Source: an uncultured Acidobacteriota bacterium (GTDB lineage Bacteria > Acidobacteriota > Vicinamibacteria > Vicinamibacterales > UBA2999). Taken from it: a stretch of DNA of 32,000 nucleotides. Location: contig CAWBMG010000002.1 in the NCBI GenBank assembly GCA_963789815.1, forward strand, positions 65,997 through 97,996. Reading direction: 5' to 3'. This document shows, in pieces, positions 14,594 to 22,489 of the stretch. A program made the position numbers and the translations under genes. The notes beneath the pieces are model-generated. The model had not been told where the DNA came from. It made no database searches and worked only from the letters and a program-made list of their open reading frames with translations. Numbering within the stretch: position 1 is the first letter of the stretch; each line of letters starts with the position of its first letter.

Positions 14594-16825
14594 TTAGGTT
14601 AGTCGCTGCGTCGGTTCTGTATCCCGATCATCCGACGGCGTCAGCGCGACCTGCAGGTAGACGAACGATGTGCCGCTGTGCAGGTAGTTCTCGATTCGGC
14701 TCAGAACGGCGGCGTTTCGGAACCACAGCGAACTCGTGTCTCGTAGCCGTTCCTCAATCAACGTCGAAAGGAGCTGAAATCCGGCCGCGATCGCACGCGT
14801 TCGTAACAAGTCCAGCAGGTAGTTCTCGAGCTCGACGTCGTTCTGCGCGGTCGGCGACGTGGCCATCGCCTGTAGGTAGAACGTATTGTTCTCGCCGAAG
14901 TGGGGATCGGAGTCGACCCCCTCCTCGTCGTGGTTCTCCAGCGGGCTGCCGAGTGCGTAGCCCACGAACCGTGATGAGACGCGGTCACGCAAGGCAATCC
15001 CAATCGCGCGAAGGTTCGACGCGGTGGTCTCGAGCGTTTCGAGTGGAAATTGCAGCAGGGGTCGTCGTCCGATGCGCAACACATCCGATGGGTACTTCAC
15101 AGTCGCACCGTAGCGCTCCTGTTCCACGGCAAGAACTTGTAGCTTGTGGGTCTCGAAGGTGGCCTGTGTGATATCGATGACCTCCAGCGTGTCGAGGGGA
15201 ATTTCCAACGTGCCGATCCGAACCTCCAGGGCGGATGTGGCGTCCGAGGCCACGCGTCCACCAACGAGATCTTCGAGGGCCAGGCGAAGAATCGCCAGCG
15301 CCTCGTCGATGGCCGACGGTTCGGTGTCATACCGCGGATAGAAGCGCAGGACGCGTTCGCCGGCCGGCAAGAGCACCAGGCCACGCCGGAATGCACGGTC
15401 GCGTAGCACGTCGCGCCAGTCGGCGCGCAGCACGTCGAACGCCAGCATGACACCGGCGCCGCGCACATTCTTGACGATCTGACGGTAATCGCGCGCCAGC
15501 GCCATGAGCCCCTGTCTCGCCCGCTGGCCGGTGCGCTGCACCTGATCGAGATCCAGCTTGTCCAGCAGGGCCAGCAGCCGCACCATACCCACCGAGTCTC
15601 CCTCCCACGTGGTGTTGAACTTCTTTTCCTCTTGGAAGAACGTGGCCAGGTCCTCGCTGACGAAAAGGACCCCGTTCTGGGCTTTCTTGGCCCAGGTCAC
15701 CACGTCGGGCGGACAGGGCAGGTCGAAGAGCTCGTGTGCCCACAGGCGGCCCGTCATGCCCCAGCCGGTTTGAACTTCATCGAAGATGAGCGGCACGTCG
15801 TAAATCCTCGTCAACAGCCGCAGCTTCCGCATGAACCGTGCGCTCACCAGACGCACGCCACCTTCGCCTTGAATCGGCTCGACGAGCACAGCCGCGACGC
15901 GACGCGCTCGCCGAACGACGTCGGGCGCTAGGTTCGCGCGCTGCGCGTCCACGAACGCCTTGAGGTCCGGGTCAGGCCGCGCAAGAAATTCGTCGAGCGC
16001 GTCCATTTCCCGCTTGTAGGTATCGATGAGTTTCTCCGCTCGCGGCAATCGTCCGGATACCAGCAGATCCCACAGTTGCTTCAGGCTGCGTTCCTCCCTG
16101 CGCGCGGTTGCCTTGGGTGCGTCAGGTTCCTCGAATGGAAACGCGATGTGCGGCCAGTCGAACGTGGGAAACCCGAGTCGCGCCTTCTTTCGGTGCGTAA
16201 CCGCCAGACTGCCCAGCGTCCGGCCATGAAAGGCTCCTTCGAACGACACGATGAACCCACCGTTACCGTCTTCCGACGTTTTCACGCGATTCAGGAGGAC
16301 CGACTTAATCGCGTTCTCGACCGCTTCGGCGCCCGTGTTCACCACGAAATGGCGGGGTGTTCCTACTGGCGCGATTCGGTTCAGTTCGGCCTTGAGGCGA
16401 AGGGACAGCGTGGTCTGGTACTCGGAATGCGCGTAGCGCGAGGTGACGAAGGGCAGCGATTCCAGTATCGCGCGGACTACCTCGGGATCGTTTTCGCCGA
16501 AGGCGCTCGTCGCGATCAACGCACCCATATCGAGGAAACAGTACGGCCGGCCGCCGGCATCTCGATCAACGGCGGCAAGATAGGGTCCGACGGATTCTGC
16601 AGGATCGAATGCCACAGGCAACGAAAAGAACAGACTCCGCGAAGCCTCTTTGAGCGCGGCATGTGAAGCCGGCAGCAATTCCTCGATCAGCCCTTCGAGC
16701 CCCCGCTCGCTATCGTGCAACCCTTCTGGCACGTAGGCCTGAAGCCCGCCGGCTCGGTATCGCGCGTTCAGATGAATGACGCGCTCAAGAAACGTCGTGA
16801 CGTGCGAGAGGTCGCCGTCAAACAC
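14594..16825 (-). CDS. Class-III (PLP) aminotransferase, lysine-6-aminotransferase-like, fused to a ~280-aa C-terminal domain (tentatively GNAT-like)
   Basis: 743 aa. N-terminal part: ...FLDMGALIATSAFGENDP...FVVNTGAEAVENAIKS...SFEGAFHGRTLG...VLVEPIQGEGG...LIFDEVQTGWGMTG...TWAKK. The C-terminal part from about aa 470 (…FVGYALGSPLENHDEEGVDSDPHFGENNTFYLQAM...LLDLLRTRAIAAGFQLLS) is not part of ordinary LAT enzymes. Confidence 0.8.
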   Translation of the reverse strand: MFDGDLSHVTTFLERVIHLNARYRAGGLQAYVPEGLHDSERGLEGLIEELLPASHAALKEASRSLFFSLPVAFDPAESVGPYLAAVDRDAGGRPYCFLDMGALIATSAFGENDPEVVRAILESLPFVTSRYAHSEYQTTLSLRLKAELNRIAPVGTPRHFVVNTGAEAVENAIKSVLLNRVKTSEDGNGGFIVSFEGAFHGRTLGSLAVTHRKKARLGFPTFDWPHIAFPFEEPDAPKATARREERSLKQLWDLLVSGRLPRAEKLIDTYKREMDALDEFLARPDPDLKAFVDAQRANLAPDVVRRARRVAAVLVEPIQGEGGVRLVSARFMRKLRLLTRIYDVPLIFDEVQTGWGMTGRLWAHELFDLPCPPDVVTWAKKAQNGVLFVSEDLATFFQEEKKFNTTWEGDSVGMVRLLALLDKLDLDQVQRTGQRARQGLMALARDYRQIVKNVRGAGVMLAFDVLRADWRDVLRDRAFRRGLVLLPAGERVLRFYPRYDTEPSAIDEALAILRLALEDLVGGRVASDATSALEVRIGTLEIPLDTLEVIDITQATFETHKLQVLAVEQERYGATVKYPSDVLRIGRRPLLQFPLETLETTASNLRAIGIALRDRVSSRFVGYALGSPLENHDEEGVDSDPHFGENNTFYLQAMATSPTAQNDVELENYLLDLLRTRAIAAGFQLLSTLIEERLRDTSSLWFRNAAVLSRIENYLHSGTSFVYLQVALTPSDDRDTEPTQRLT

Positions 16826-16922
16826 GAATCACGCCTCGTGGCACCAAGTGTTACACGGATTTTCCACGTCATTGACCTTCATGTCGGCCGCGTCTGTTCT
16901 AACTCTACAACTGGAGGTGTAG

Positions 16923-18281
16923 ATGATGAATCGCGCAGGTATCGTGTGCGTGGCCGCGTGCGCTGGTGCCGTCGCGCTACTGGCCGGAACGGACGTCGCA
17001 GTTCGGGCGGCTGGGGCACGCATGATCCAAGTGGCGGAACTGCCGGACATGGCTCTGAGCACGTTCCACAACGGCGTGTTTCGTTTCGCCATTGACCAGA
17101 TTGTCGATGACCACGGCCTGCGCCTCGGGTCGCTTGGCAGCGACATCTTTCACGATCCCGACGACTCATACAACGAGTTTTGGGCCATCACCGACCGCGG
17201 ACCAAACGGAAATCCCGGTATGCGCACCTTCGTGGCCCCGAGATTCAACCCTGAGATTCTTCATGTTCGGGCGCAGTCCGACCGCATCACAATTTTGAGC
17301 GCTCTGCCGATCCTCGACGCGAGCGGCCTTCCCGTCACGGGACTGCCGAACGTAGAGACCTTCGATGAAACCCCCTTCAGCTTCGACGGAACGAGTGTCA
17401 TCGGTCTCAACCCCAACGGGCTGGACACCGAGGGCATCGTGCGGGTCCGCGATCAAAGCTTCTGGCTCGTCGACGAGTACAGTCCGTCACTGGTCCACGT
17501 GAACCGCGATGGCCGCATCCTCGATCGGTTCGTGCCAGAGGATTCCCAGCTTGCCTCGGTGCTCGCCACCACTCCCAACTACCGCGTCAGGAAGTACCTT
17601 CCGAAGATCCTCAACTTTCGACGGCAAAACCGCGGCTTCGAAGGTATTTCGATCACACCCGATGAAAGGACGCTCTTCATCGCCATGCAGAGCCCGCTCG
17701 AATACCCGACCAGGGTCCTTGGCCGAGCCTCCCGAATCATTCGGATTCTCAGATTCGACATCGGCTCTGAACGGGTGACGGGCGAGTTCGTGTACCAGTT
17801 CGACGAGGTCTGCGCGTTTCTCGGCCAGCAGGCGGGGTGCACGGTCGCCCCGGATGAAATGAAGATCTCGAGCCTCACTGCGATCAATGCCACTTCGTTC
17901 CTGGTCGACGAGCGGACCGACACTGCGGCCAAGGTCTACCGCGTGGACATTGCCAACGCCACGAACATCCTGGGCAGTCTTTGGGACACTGTCGCCTCTG
18001 CGCCGGGCGCCACCACGACGGCACTGGAAACGCTTTCGAATCCGGCGAGCCAGGGCATCACCGTTCTATCGAAGACGCTCGTCGTCGATCTGTCGGTCTT
18101 TGGACTACCAAACAAGATAGAGGGCATGGCCCTGGTACGACCGGGCGTCCTCGTGGTTGCCAACGACAACGACTTCGGGCTCGTCGACAACGCGACCTTC
18201 GACGCCAATCGCCGGCTGAGCAACGACACGCTGGTGAAGAGCAAGCTCTTCTACTTCGAGCTTCTCGATTCGCAGCAGTAA
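16923..18281 (+). CDS. Secreted esterase-like-activity-of-phytase family protein (beta-propeller)
   Basis: 452 aa with a signal-like N-terminus. Motifs: WAITDRGPNG, GLDTEGIV, NRGFEGISITPDERTLFIAMQSPL, NKIEGMALV...VANDNDFG. GGAGG lies 5 nt upstream of the ATG. Confidence 0.7.
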   Translation: MMNRAGIVCVAACAGAVALLAGTDVAVRAAGARMIQVAELPDMALSTFHNGVFRFAIDQIVDDHGLRLGSLGSDIFHDPDDSYNEFWAITDRGPNGNPGMRTFVAPRFNPEILHVRAQSDRITILSALPILDASGLPVTGLPNVETFDETPFSFDGTSVIGLNPNGLDTEGIVRVRDQSFWLVDEYSPSLVHVNRDGRILDRFVPEDSQLASVLATTPNYRVRKYLPKILNFRRQNRGFEGISITPDERTLFIAMQSPLEYPTRVLGRASRIIRILRFDIGSERVTGEFVYQFDEVCAFLGQQAGCTVAPDEMKISSLTAINATSFLVDERTDTAAKVYRVDIANATNILGSLWDTVASAPGATTTALETLSNPASQGITVLSKTLVVDLSVFGLPNKIEGMALVRPGVLVVANDNDFGLVDNATFDANRRLSNDTLVKSKLFYFELLDSQQ

Positions 18282-18314
18282 GGTCAGGGTTGCATCCCGT
18301 CATGCGCTCCGTCA

Positions 18315-19649
18315 TTAGACGGCGTGACTTCTGTGTAAGTGCTTGCCGAGCCGCATCCGTCGCGACGCTGTGTATCTACTCGGGGTGCAACAGCCCATGC
18401 GGCTGACTGGGATCGCTGTCGTGAAGCGCTCGATCAGCCGGACCCTACGTGTATGGATGATGGCTGTGTGGCCGGTCCCATCGATCTCGAGCAACGCTCG
18501 ACACACCTCAATCCTTGCATCCATGTTGGCGACTGTGAACAGGCTGACGACTGACGCCAGTTTCTCAGCGGCAAGGTAATTCTCGGCGGCCACCAACTCG
18601 GTCGGAATGACCAGCAGCTGAATCGTGTACGGCCGCTCAATATTCACCAACTTGGCTAGCGTCGCCGCATCCTGGCCAACGACTAGTGACATGAACCGCT
18701 GCGTCTGGGGATATACAGCCGCGTCTCGAAAACGGGCGCTCTCTGCTTCTGTCAAAACCGCGGCGCCGTGATGAATCAATTCGGCGATCAGGCACGCGCG
18801 GGCACTCGCCTCAACAACCAGATGATTTTCGGCTCCGCAAATCAAACCGTTGTCGAACGATTTACTCAGCACAACGCTGCGCGCCGCGTGTGGGAGGTCG
18901 GCGTCAGCGCTGATCAGCGCTGGTGCGTTACCCGGCCCCACACCGATCGCCGGCTTGCCAGACCGATACGCGGCCTTGACCATCGCCTGCCCGCCGGTCG
19001 CCAGCACCAACCCTACGTGCCGGTGACTCATCAGGGCAGCGGTGGTCTGCCGGCTGCTGCCAGCCCCTAGCCACTGCACAAGGTCGGTGGGCGCGCCAAC
19101 CTCGCGCAGGACCTCCTGGATCAGCTCACCGACCTGTTGCGACACGTGCCGTGCTCGCCGGCTGGGACTCAGAATGATGGCGTTGCGCCCCTTCAGAGCG
19201 ATCAAAACTTTGAAGATGAACGTCGCCACGGGGTGAGTCGCCGGCACCAGGCCAACGACCACTCCTACTGGGCTGGCGATCTCTGCCACGTGGCGCTCGT
19301 TGTCGAACGCGATTTCGCCGTACGCGATGTGCCCGGCCATGTGTGCGTAGACCCCCGCACTGGCGTTGAAGTTCTTCAACGTCTTATCACGTACATTCCC
19401 CATCCCGGTTTCGGCGACCGTGGCGACGGCCAACGGGTGAGCGTGGTCGGCGACGATGTTGCCCAGCGCGCGCAGGAGCTGATCAACCCGTCCCTCGTTC
19501 CAGCCCTCGATTTGGCGTTGCGCGGCACGCGCCTGGCTGACCAGCGCTTCTGCAACCGGGTCGTCTGGCGGGTTCGACGGCTCGATGAAGAGAGAGATTC
19601 GAGGTGCCTCTAGGACCTCGTGTGTCGGCGTACCTACGTGGTTCGGCAT
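18315..19649 (-). CDS. Acylating aldehyde dehydrogenase (EutE / AdhE N-terminal domain-like)
   Basis: ORF 18315..19943 trimmed to ATG 19649 (MPNHVGTP...), with GAGGA 6 nt upstream. Motifs: VGLVPATHPVATFIFKVLIALKGRNAIILSP, ATGGQAMVKAAYRSGKPAIGVGPGNAP, SFDNGLICGAENHLVV (catalytic Cys). The last ~25 aa look non-canonical, so a 3' frameshift is possible. Confidence 0.75.
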   Translation of the reverse strand: MPNHVGTPTHEVLEAPRISLFIEPSNPPDDPVAEALVSQARAAQRQIEGWNEGRVDQLLRALGNIVADHAHPLAVATVAETGMGNVRDKTLKNFNASAGVYAHMAGHIAYGEIAFDNERHVAEIASPVGVVVGLVPATHPVATFIFKVLIALKGRNAIILSPSRRARHVSQQVGELIQEVLREVGAPTDLVQWLGAGSSRQTTAALMSHRHVGLVLATGGQAMVKAAYRSGKPAIGVGPGNAPALISADADLPHAARSVVLSKSFDNGLICGAENHLVVEASARACLIAELIHHGAAVLTEAESARFRDAAVYPQTQRFMSLVVGQDAATLAKLVNIERPYTIQLLVIPTELVAAENYLAAEKLASVVSLFTVANMDARIEVCRALLEIDGTGHTAIIHTRRVRLIERFTTAIPVSRMGCCTPSRYTASRRMRLGKHLHRSHAV

Positions 19650-19662
19650 CGCTATCCTCGTT

Positions 19663-19956
19663 TCAAATTGAGTCGACTGAACGGCTCCCGGCACGGGCTT
19701 CTCCTTGCGTGTTGGGATCAACCGCGAACAGCCTCCTGTCGTCGCTGACCCTGACGAGTGCGACGTGATCGATCGCCCAGCCGATTGCGGTGATGAACTC
19801 GATAACCAGCCATGCGAGGACCCGCCGCGCACGCCTCCGATATGAGAGCGGTTTCGATGTCTGCTGATCGCATGCCCAGCCGAGCAACACGATAAGCAGG
19901 AGACCGAACGAGGCAAGCATCCGCTCGTGTAACGAGGTCTCAACGGTTTCCTTCAT
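19663..19956 (-). CDS. 97-aa predicted two-TM membrane protein, unknown function
   Basis: Hydrophobic stretches SFGLLLIVLLGWA and VLAWLVIEFITAIGWAI. GGGGGAG lies upstream. The ATG is 1 nt after the stop of the preceding ORF, and the stop is 13 nt before the ALDH start. Confidence 0.5.
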   Translation of the reverse strand: MKETVETSLHERMLASFGLLLIVLLGWACDQQTSKPLSYRRRARRVLAWLVIEFITAIGWAIDHVALVRVSDDRRLFAVDPNTQGEARAGSRSVDSI

Positions 19957-19957
19957 C

Positions 19958-20164
19958 TCACTCCCCCATCACAATGCCCGGGTGATCGGCCGGTGCGGTC
20001 TTCCACAGCCGCGCGAGCATTTCCACCAGCTCACTGGCCGATCCGAAATGTGCGGTCCGGCCTGACGCGACATGTTCGACGCGCCCCTCGACACGCCCCA
20101 AGTCGAAGTCGGTTGCGGCTCGAAACTGCACGACAAAGGCGCCGACAACATGGAAGTGACTCAT
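19958..20164 (-). CDS. 68-aa conserved-looking small protein (motif GRVEHVASGRTAHFGSASELVEML)
   Basis: Strong AAGGAGGA 6 nt upstream, overlapping the BON stop codon. I recall the motif G-x-VEHV-SG...F-s-EL from small hypothetical proteins, but I have no family name. Confidence 0.55.
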   Translation of the reverse strand: MSHFHVVGAFVVQFRAATDFDLGRVEGRVEHVASGRTAHFGSASELVEMLARLWKTAPADHPGIVMGE

Positions 20165-20176
20165 TGCGCGTCCTCC

Positions 20177-20383
20177 TTACTGAGCGACGACCAAGGCGTT
20201 GTGCACACCCTGCACACCGGCAATCTCTCGAGCCCGCACCTCGGCTAGGTGCTTGTCGCCCGCCGAGCGGACGACCCCCGTCAACGTGATACGTGCGTCC
20301 CGAACCAGGATGTGGATGGGATAGCCGCGCGGCTGCGTGCCCGGAAAGCCGGCGAACTGGAAAAGGTCGAAGCGAGCGCCCAT
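20177..20383 (-). CDS. BON-domain protein, probably 5'-truncated (single BON domain, no signal peptide)
   Basis: The C-terminal 68 aa of ORF 20177..20944: MGARFDLFQFAGFPGTQPRGYPIHILVRDARITLTGVVRSAGDKHLAEVRAREIAGVQGVHNALVV. This matches the BON pattern (x-V-x-V-x-x-G-x-V-T-L-x-G-x-V...GV-x-V-x-N-x-L). Upstream of 20383 the minus frame is antisense to a clearly homologous plus-strand wHTH. Confidence 0.55.
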   Translation of the reverse strand: MGARFDLFQFAGFPGTQPRGYPIHILVRDARITLTGVVRSAGDKHLAEVRAREIAGVQGVHNALVVAQ

Positions 20384-22073
20384 CGCGCCACCAGGCGCAT
20401 AACTCGAAAGCGTGTGCAGGAACTGCTCGACGCGGTATGGCCTGGAACGTTCGTCAGCGATACCGTTCTGAAGGACAGCATCAGGCAGGTTCGTGAGGCC
20501 CTCGATGATGACGCGACTTCGCCGCGCTTCATCGAAACCGCGCATCGGCGAGGCTACCGTTTCATCGGACGGCTGTCTGAGGACGCTGCGGTCTCCGGTT
20601 CCCAGCCCGACACGTCCGAGAAGCGTGCCAGCGGCGCAGTCGGCCCGCATGCCACTGGCGTCCTCGGACGCGAGGCGGAGCTGGCGAGCATGGACCGCTG
20701 CCTCGAACGCGCCCTGCAGGGAGAACGGCAGATCGTCTTCGTCACGGGCGAGCCCGGCATCGGGAAGACGACACTCGTGAGCGCGGTGCGGGACGTCGCC
20801 GCAGCTCGAGGGATCTGGATGGCGTGGGGCCAATGCCTCGAACAGTACGGCGCGGGTGAAGCGTACCTCCCGGTCCTCGATGGTCTGTCGCGACTCGGTC
20901 GCACACCGGCCGGAGGACGAATCACCGAGCTGCTGCGTCAGCACGCACCAACGTGGCTTCTCGAATTGCCTTCACTCGTTCCGGCAGCCGAGCGCGAGGC
21001 GCTGCGACAGCAGGTCATGGGAGCTACTCGCGAGCGCATGCTGCGTGAGCTCGCTGACGCCATCGAAGCCATCACGGTCGAGTCGCCGCTCATGATCGTG
21101 CTCGAAGACCTGCACTGGAGCGACTACTCGACGCTGGACCTGATCACCTATCTCGCCCGGCGCCGGGATCGCGCGCGGCTCATGGTGATTGGCACCTATC
21201 GGCCGGTCGATGTCATCCTCGGAGAGCATCCGCTCAAGGCGATCAAGCGCGAGCTGCAAGCGCACGGACTGTGCCGCGAGCTTCCGCTCGAGTACCTGAC
21301 GGAGGCTGCCGTCGAGCAGTACCTTGTGGTCACGCTCCCAGGCCACCAGCTTCCCAAATGGTTGTCGAGGCTCATTCACCGCCGTACCGAGGGCAACCCG
21401 CTGTTCATGGTGAATCTCGTCGAGTACCTGATCGCCGAAAGACTCATCGTCAAGCGTGAAGAAGACTGGCTGCTGCAAGGTAGTTTCGCGGACATCGAGT
21501 CCGGTATCCCTGAGAACGTCAGACAGCTCATCGAGAAGCAGATCGATCGTCTGAGCGCGGACGAAAGACGCGTGTACTCGAAGGCGCGAGCGTCGTGGGC
21601 ATGGAGTGTTCATCGGTGGCGATCGGTGCTGGACTCGAAGAGGCGACTGACTGGGTCGATCACCACTGCGAAGCGCTCGTGCGACGGCATCAGTTCCTGT
21701 CTCCGGCCAGGCTGGTCGAGTTGCCGGACGGCACGATTACGCCGCGCTACAAGTTCAGTCACATTCTCTATCTCGAGGTGCCGTATCGCCTGATACCGGC
21801 GATGCGACGAGCACACATACACCAGCGAATTGGCCACAGCGGCGAAGCCATCTATGGGGGGCGCGTCGGCGAAATCGCGGCGGAGTTGGCCATGCACTTC
21901 GAGCAAGGACACGACGCGAGGCGCGCGCCCGCCTCTACTCGCCCCAGGGCAAGCGCGTCGAGGCGATGCGTCTTGTCAAGCCTGTTGTCGAGTGGTTCAC
22001 CGAAGGCCACGACACCGCGGACTTAAGAGCGGCTCGGACCATCTTGAGCGAGGTTTCCGGGCAGACGTCGTAG
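20249..22073 (+). pseudogene. Decayed transcriptional regulator: OmpR-type winged helix (C-terminal half only) + AAA_16 ATPase, two frameshifts, TPR region apparently missing
   Basis: Frame 2: QELLDAVWPGTFVSDTVLKDSIRQVREALDDDATSPRFIETAHRRGYRFIG, GREAELASMDRCLERALQGERQIVFVTGEPGIGKTTLV, LMIVLEDLHWSD. Frame 1 from about 21577: LEGASVVGMECSSVAIGAGL...YKFSHILYLEVPY...ELAMHFEQGHDARRA. Frame 0 from about 21930: RLYSPQGKRVEAMRLVKPVVEWFTEGHDTADLRAARTILSEV, stop at 22071..22073. Confidence 0.65.
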
Positions 22074-22167
22074 CCACCTCAAAGAGCCGCGTCGCATGAC
22101 GTGCGGCACGACGCTCTGAGGTGACTCTCCTGCCGGAAGCGTTCCGCTGACAAGATCGGCGCATTCT

Positions 22168-22371
22168 TCATTCACCGGCTTGACAGATGACGGGGGTTGC
22201 TAAGTGGAAATACAACAGGTGATGAACAGAGTGGATCTCGCATTCGGGTGAGAGGCGGATCACCTCTACCTCGACGTAGCGCACACTCTGCCCGCGTCTG
22301 ACGACACAGCCGCAGTCGAGTGTCGCCGTGTGGCCTGATGAAAGGTCGCCAAGAAAGCGTCGTGTATTCAT
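22168..22371 (-). CDS. Orphan 67-aa Cys-containing ORF in a low-GC spacer (doubtful)
   Basis: MNTRRFLGDLSSGHTATLDCGCVVRRGQSVRYVEVEVIRLSPECEIHSVHHLLYFHLATPVICQAGE. No SD, rare codons for this genome, and no similarity I recognise. Only the open frame supports it. Confidence 0.2.
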   Translation of the reverse strand: MNTRRFLGDLSSGHTATLDCGCVVRRGQSVRYVEVEVIRLSPECEIHSVHHLLYFHLATPVICQAGE

Positions 22372-22489
22372 ATTCGGATCGTAGACTTCTAGTTGTGACG
22401 ACCGCGTGTGGTCGCTGATCAAACAGCGTAAACGCGTACTCACGTCCGCACACGACAATGGAAAGGTCTGGCCCTGGTAATATCCAGTC

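Noticed and set aside
19650-19943. 5' extension of the 542-aa minus ORF (ALDH)
   Set aside because: It is a Ser/Arg/Gly-rich out-of-context sequence overlapping the 97-aa membrane ORF in another frame. A good RBS and conserved sequence begin at ATG 19649.
20384-20944. N-terminal 187 codons of the 255-aa minus ORF 20177..20944
   Set aside because: It is antisense to the clearly homologous plus-strand wHTH and Walker-A region of the regulator. Only the last 68 codons show a BON signature.
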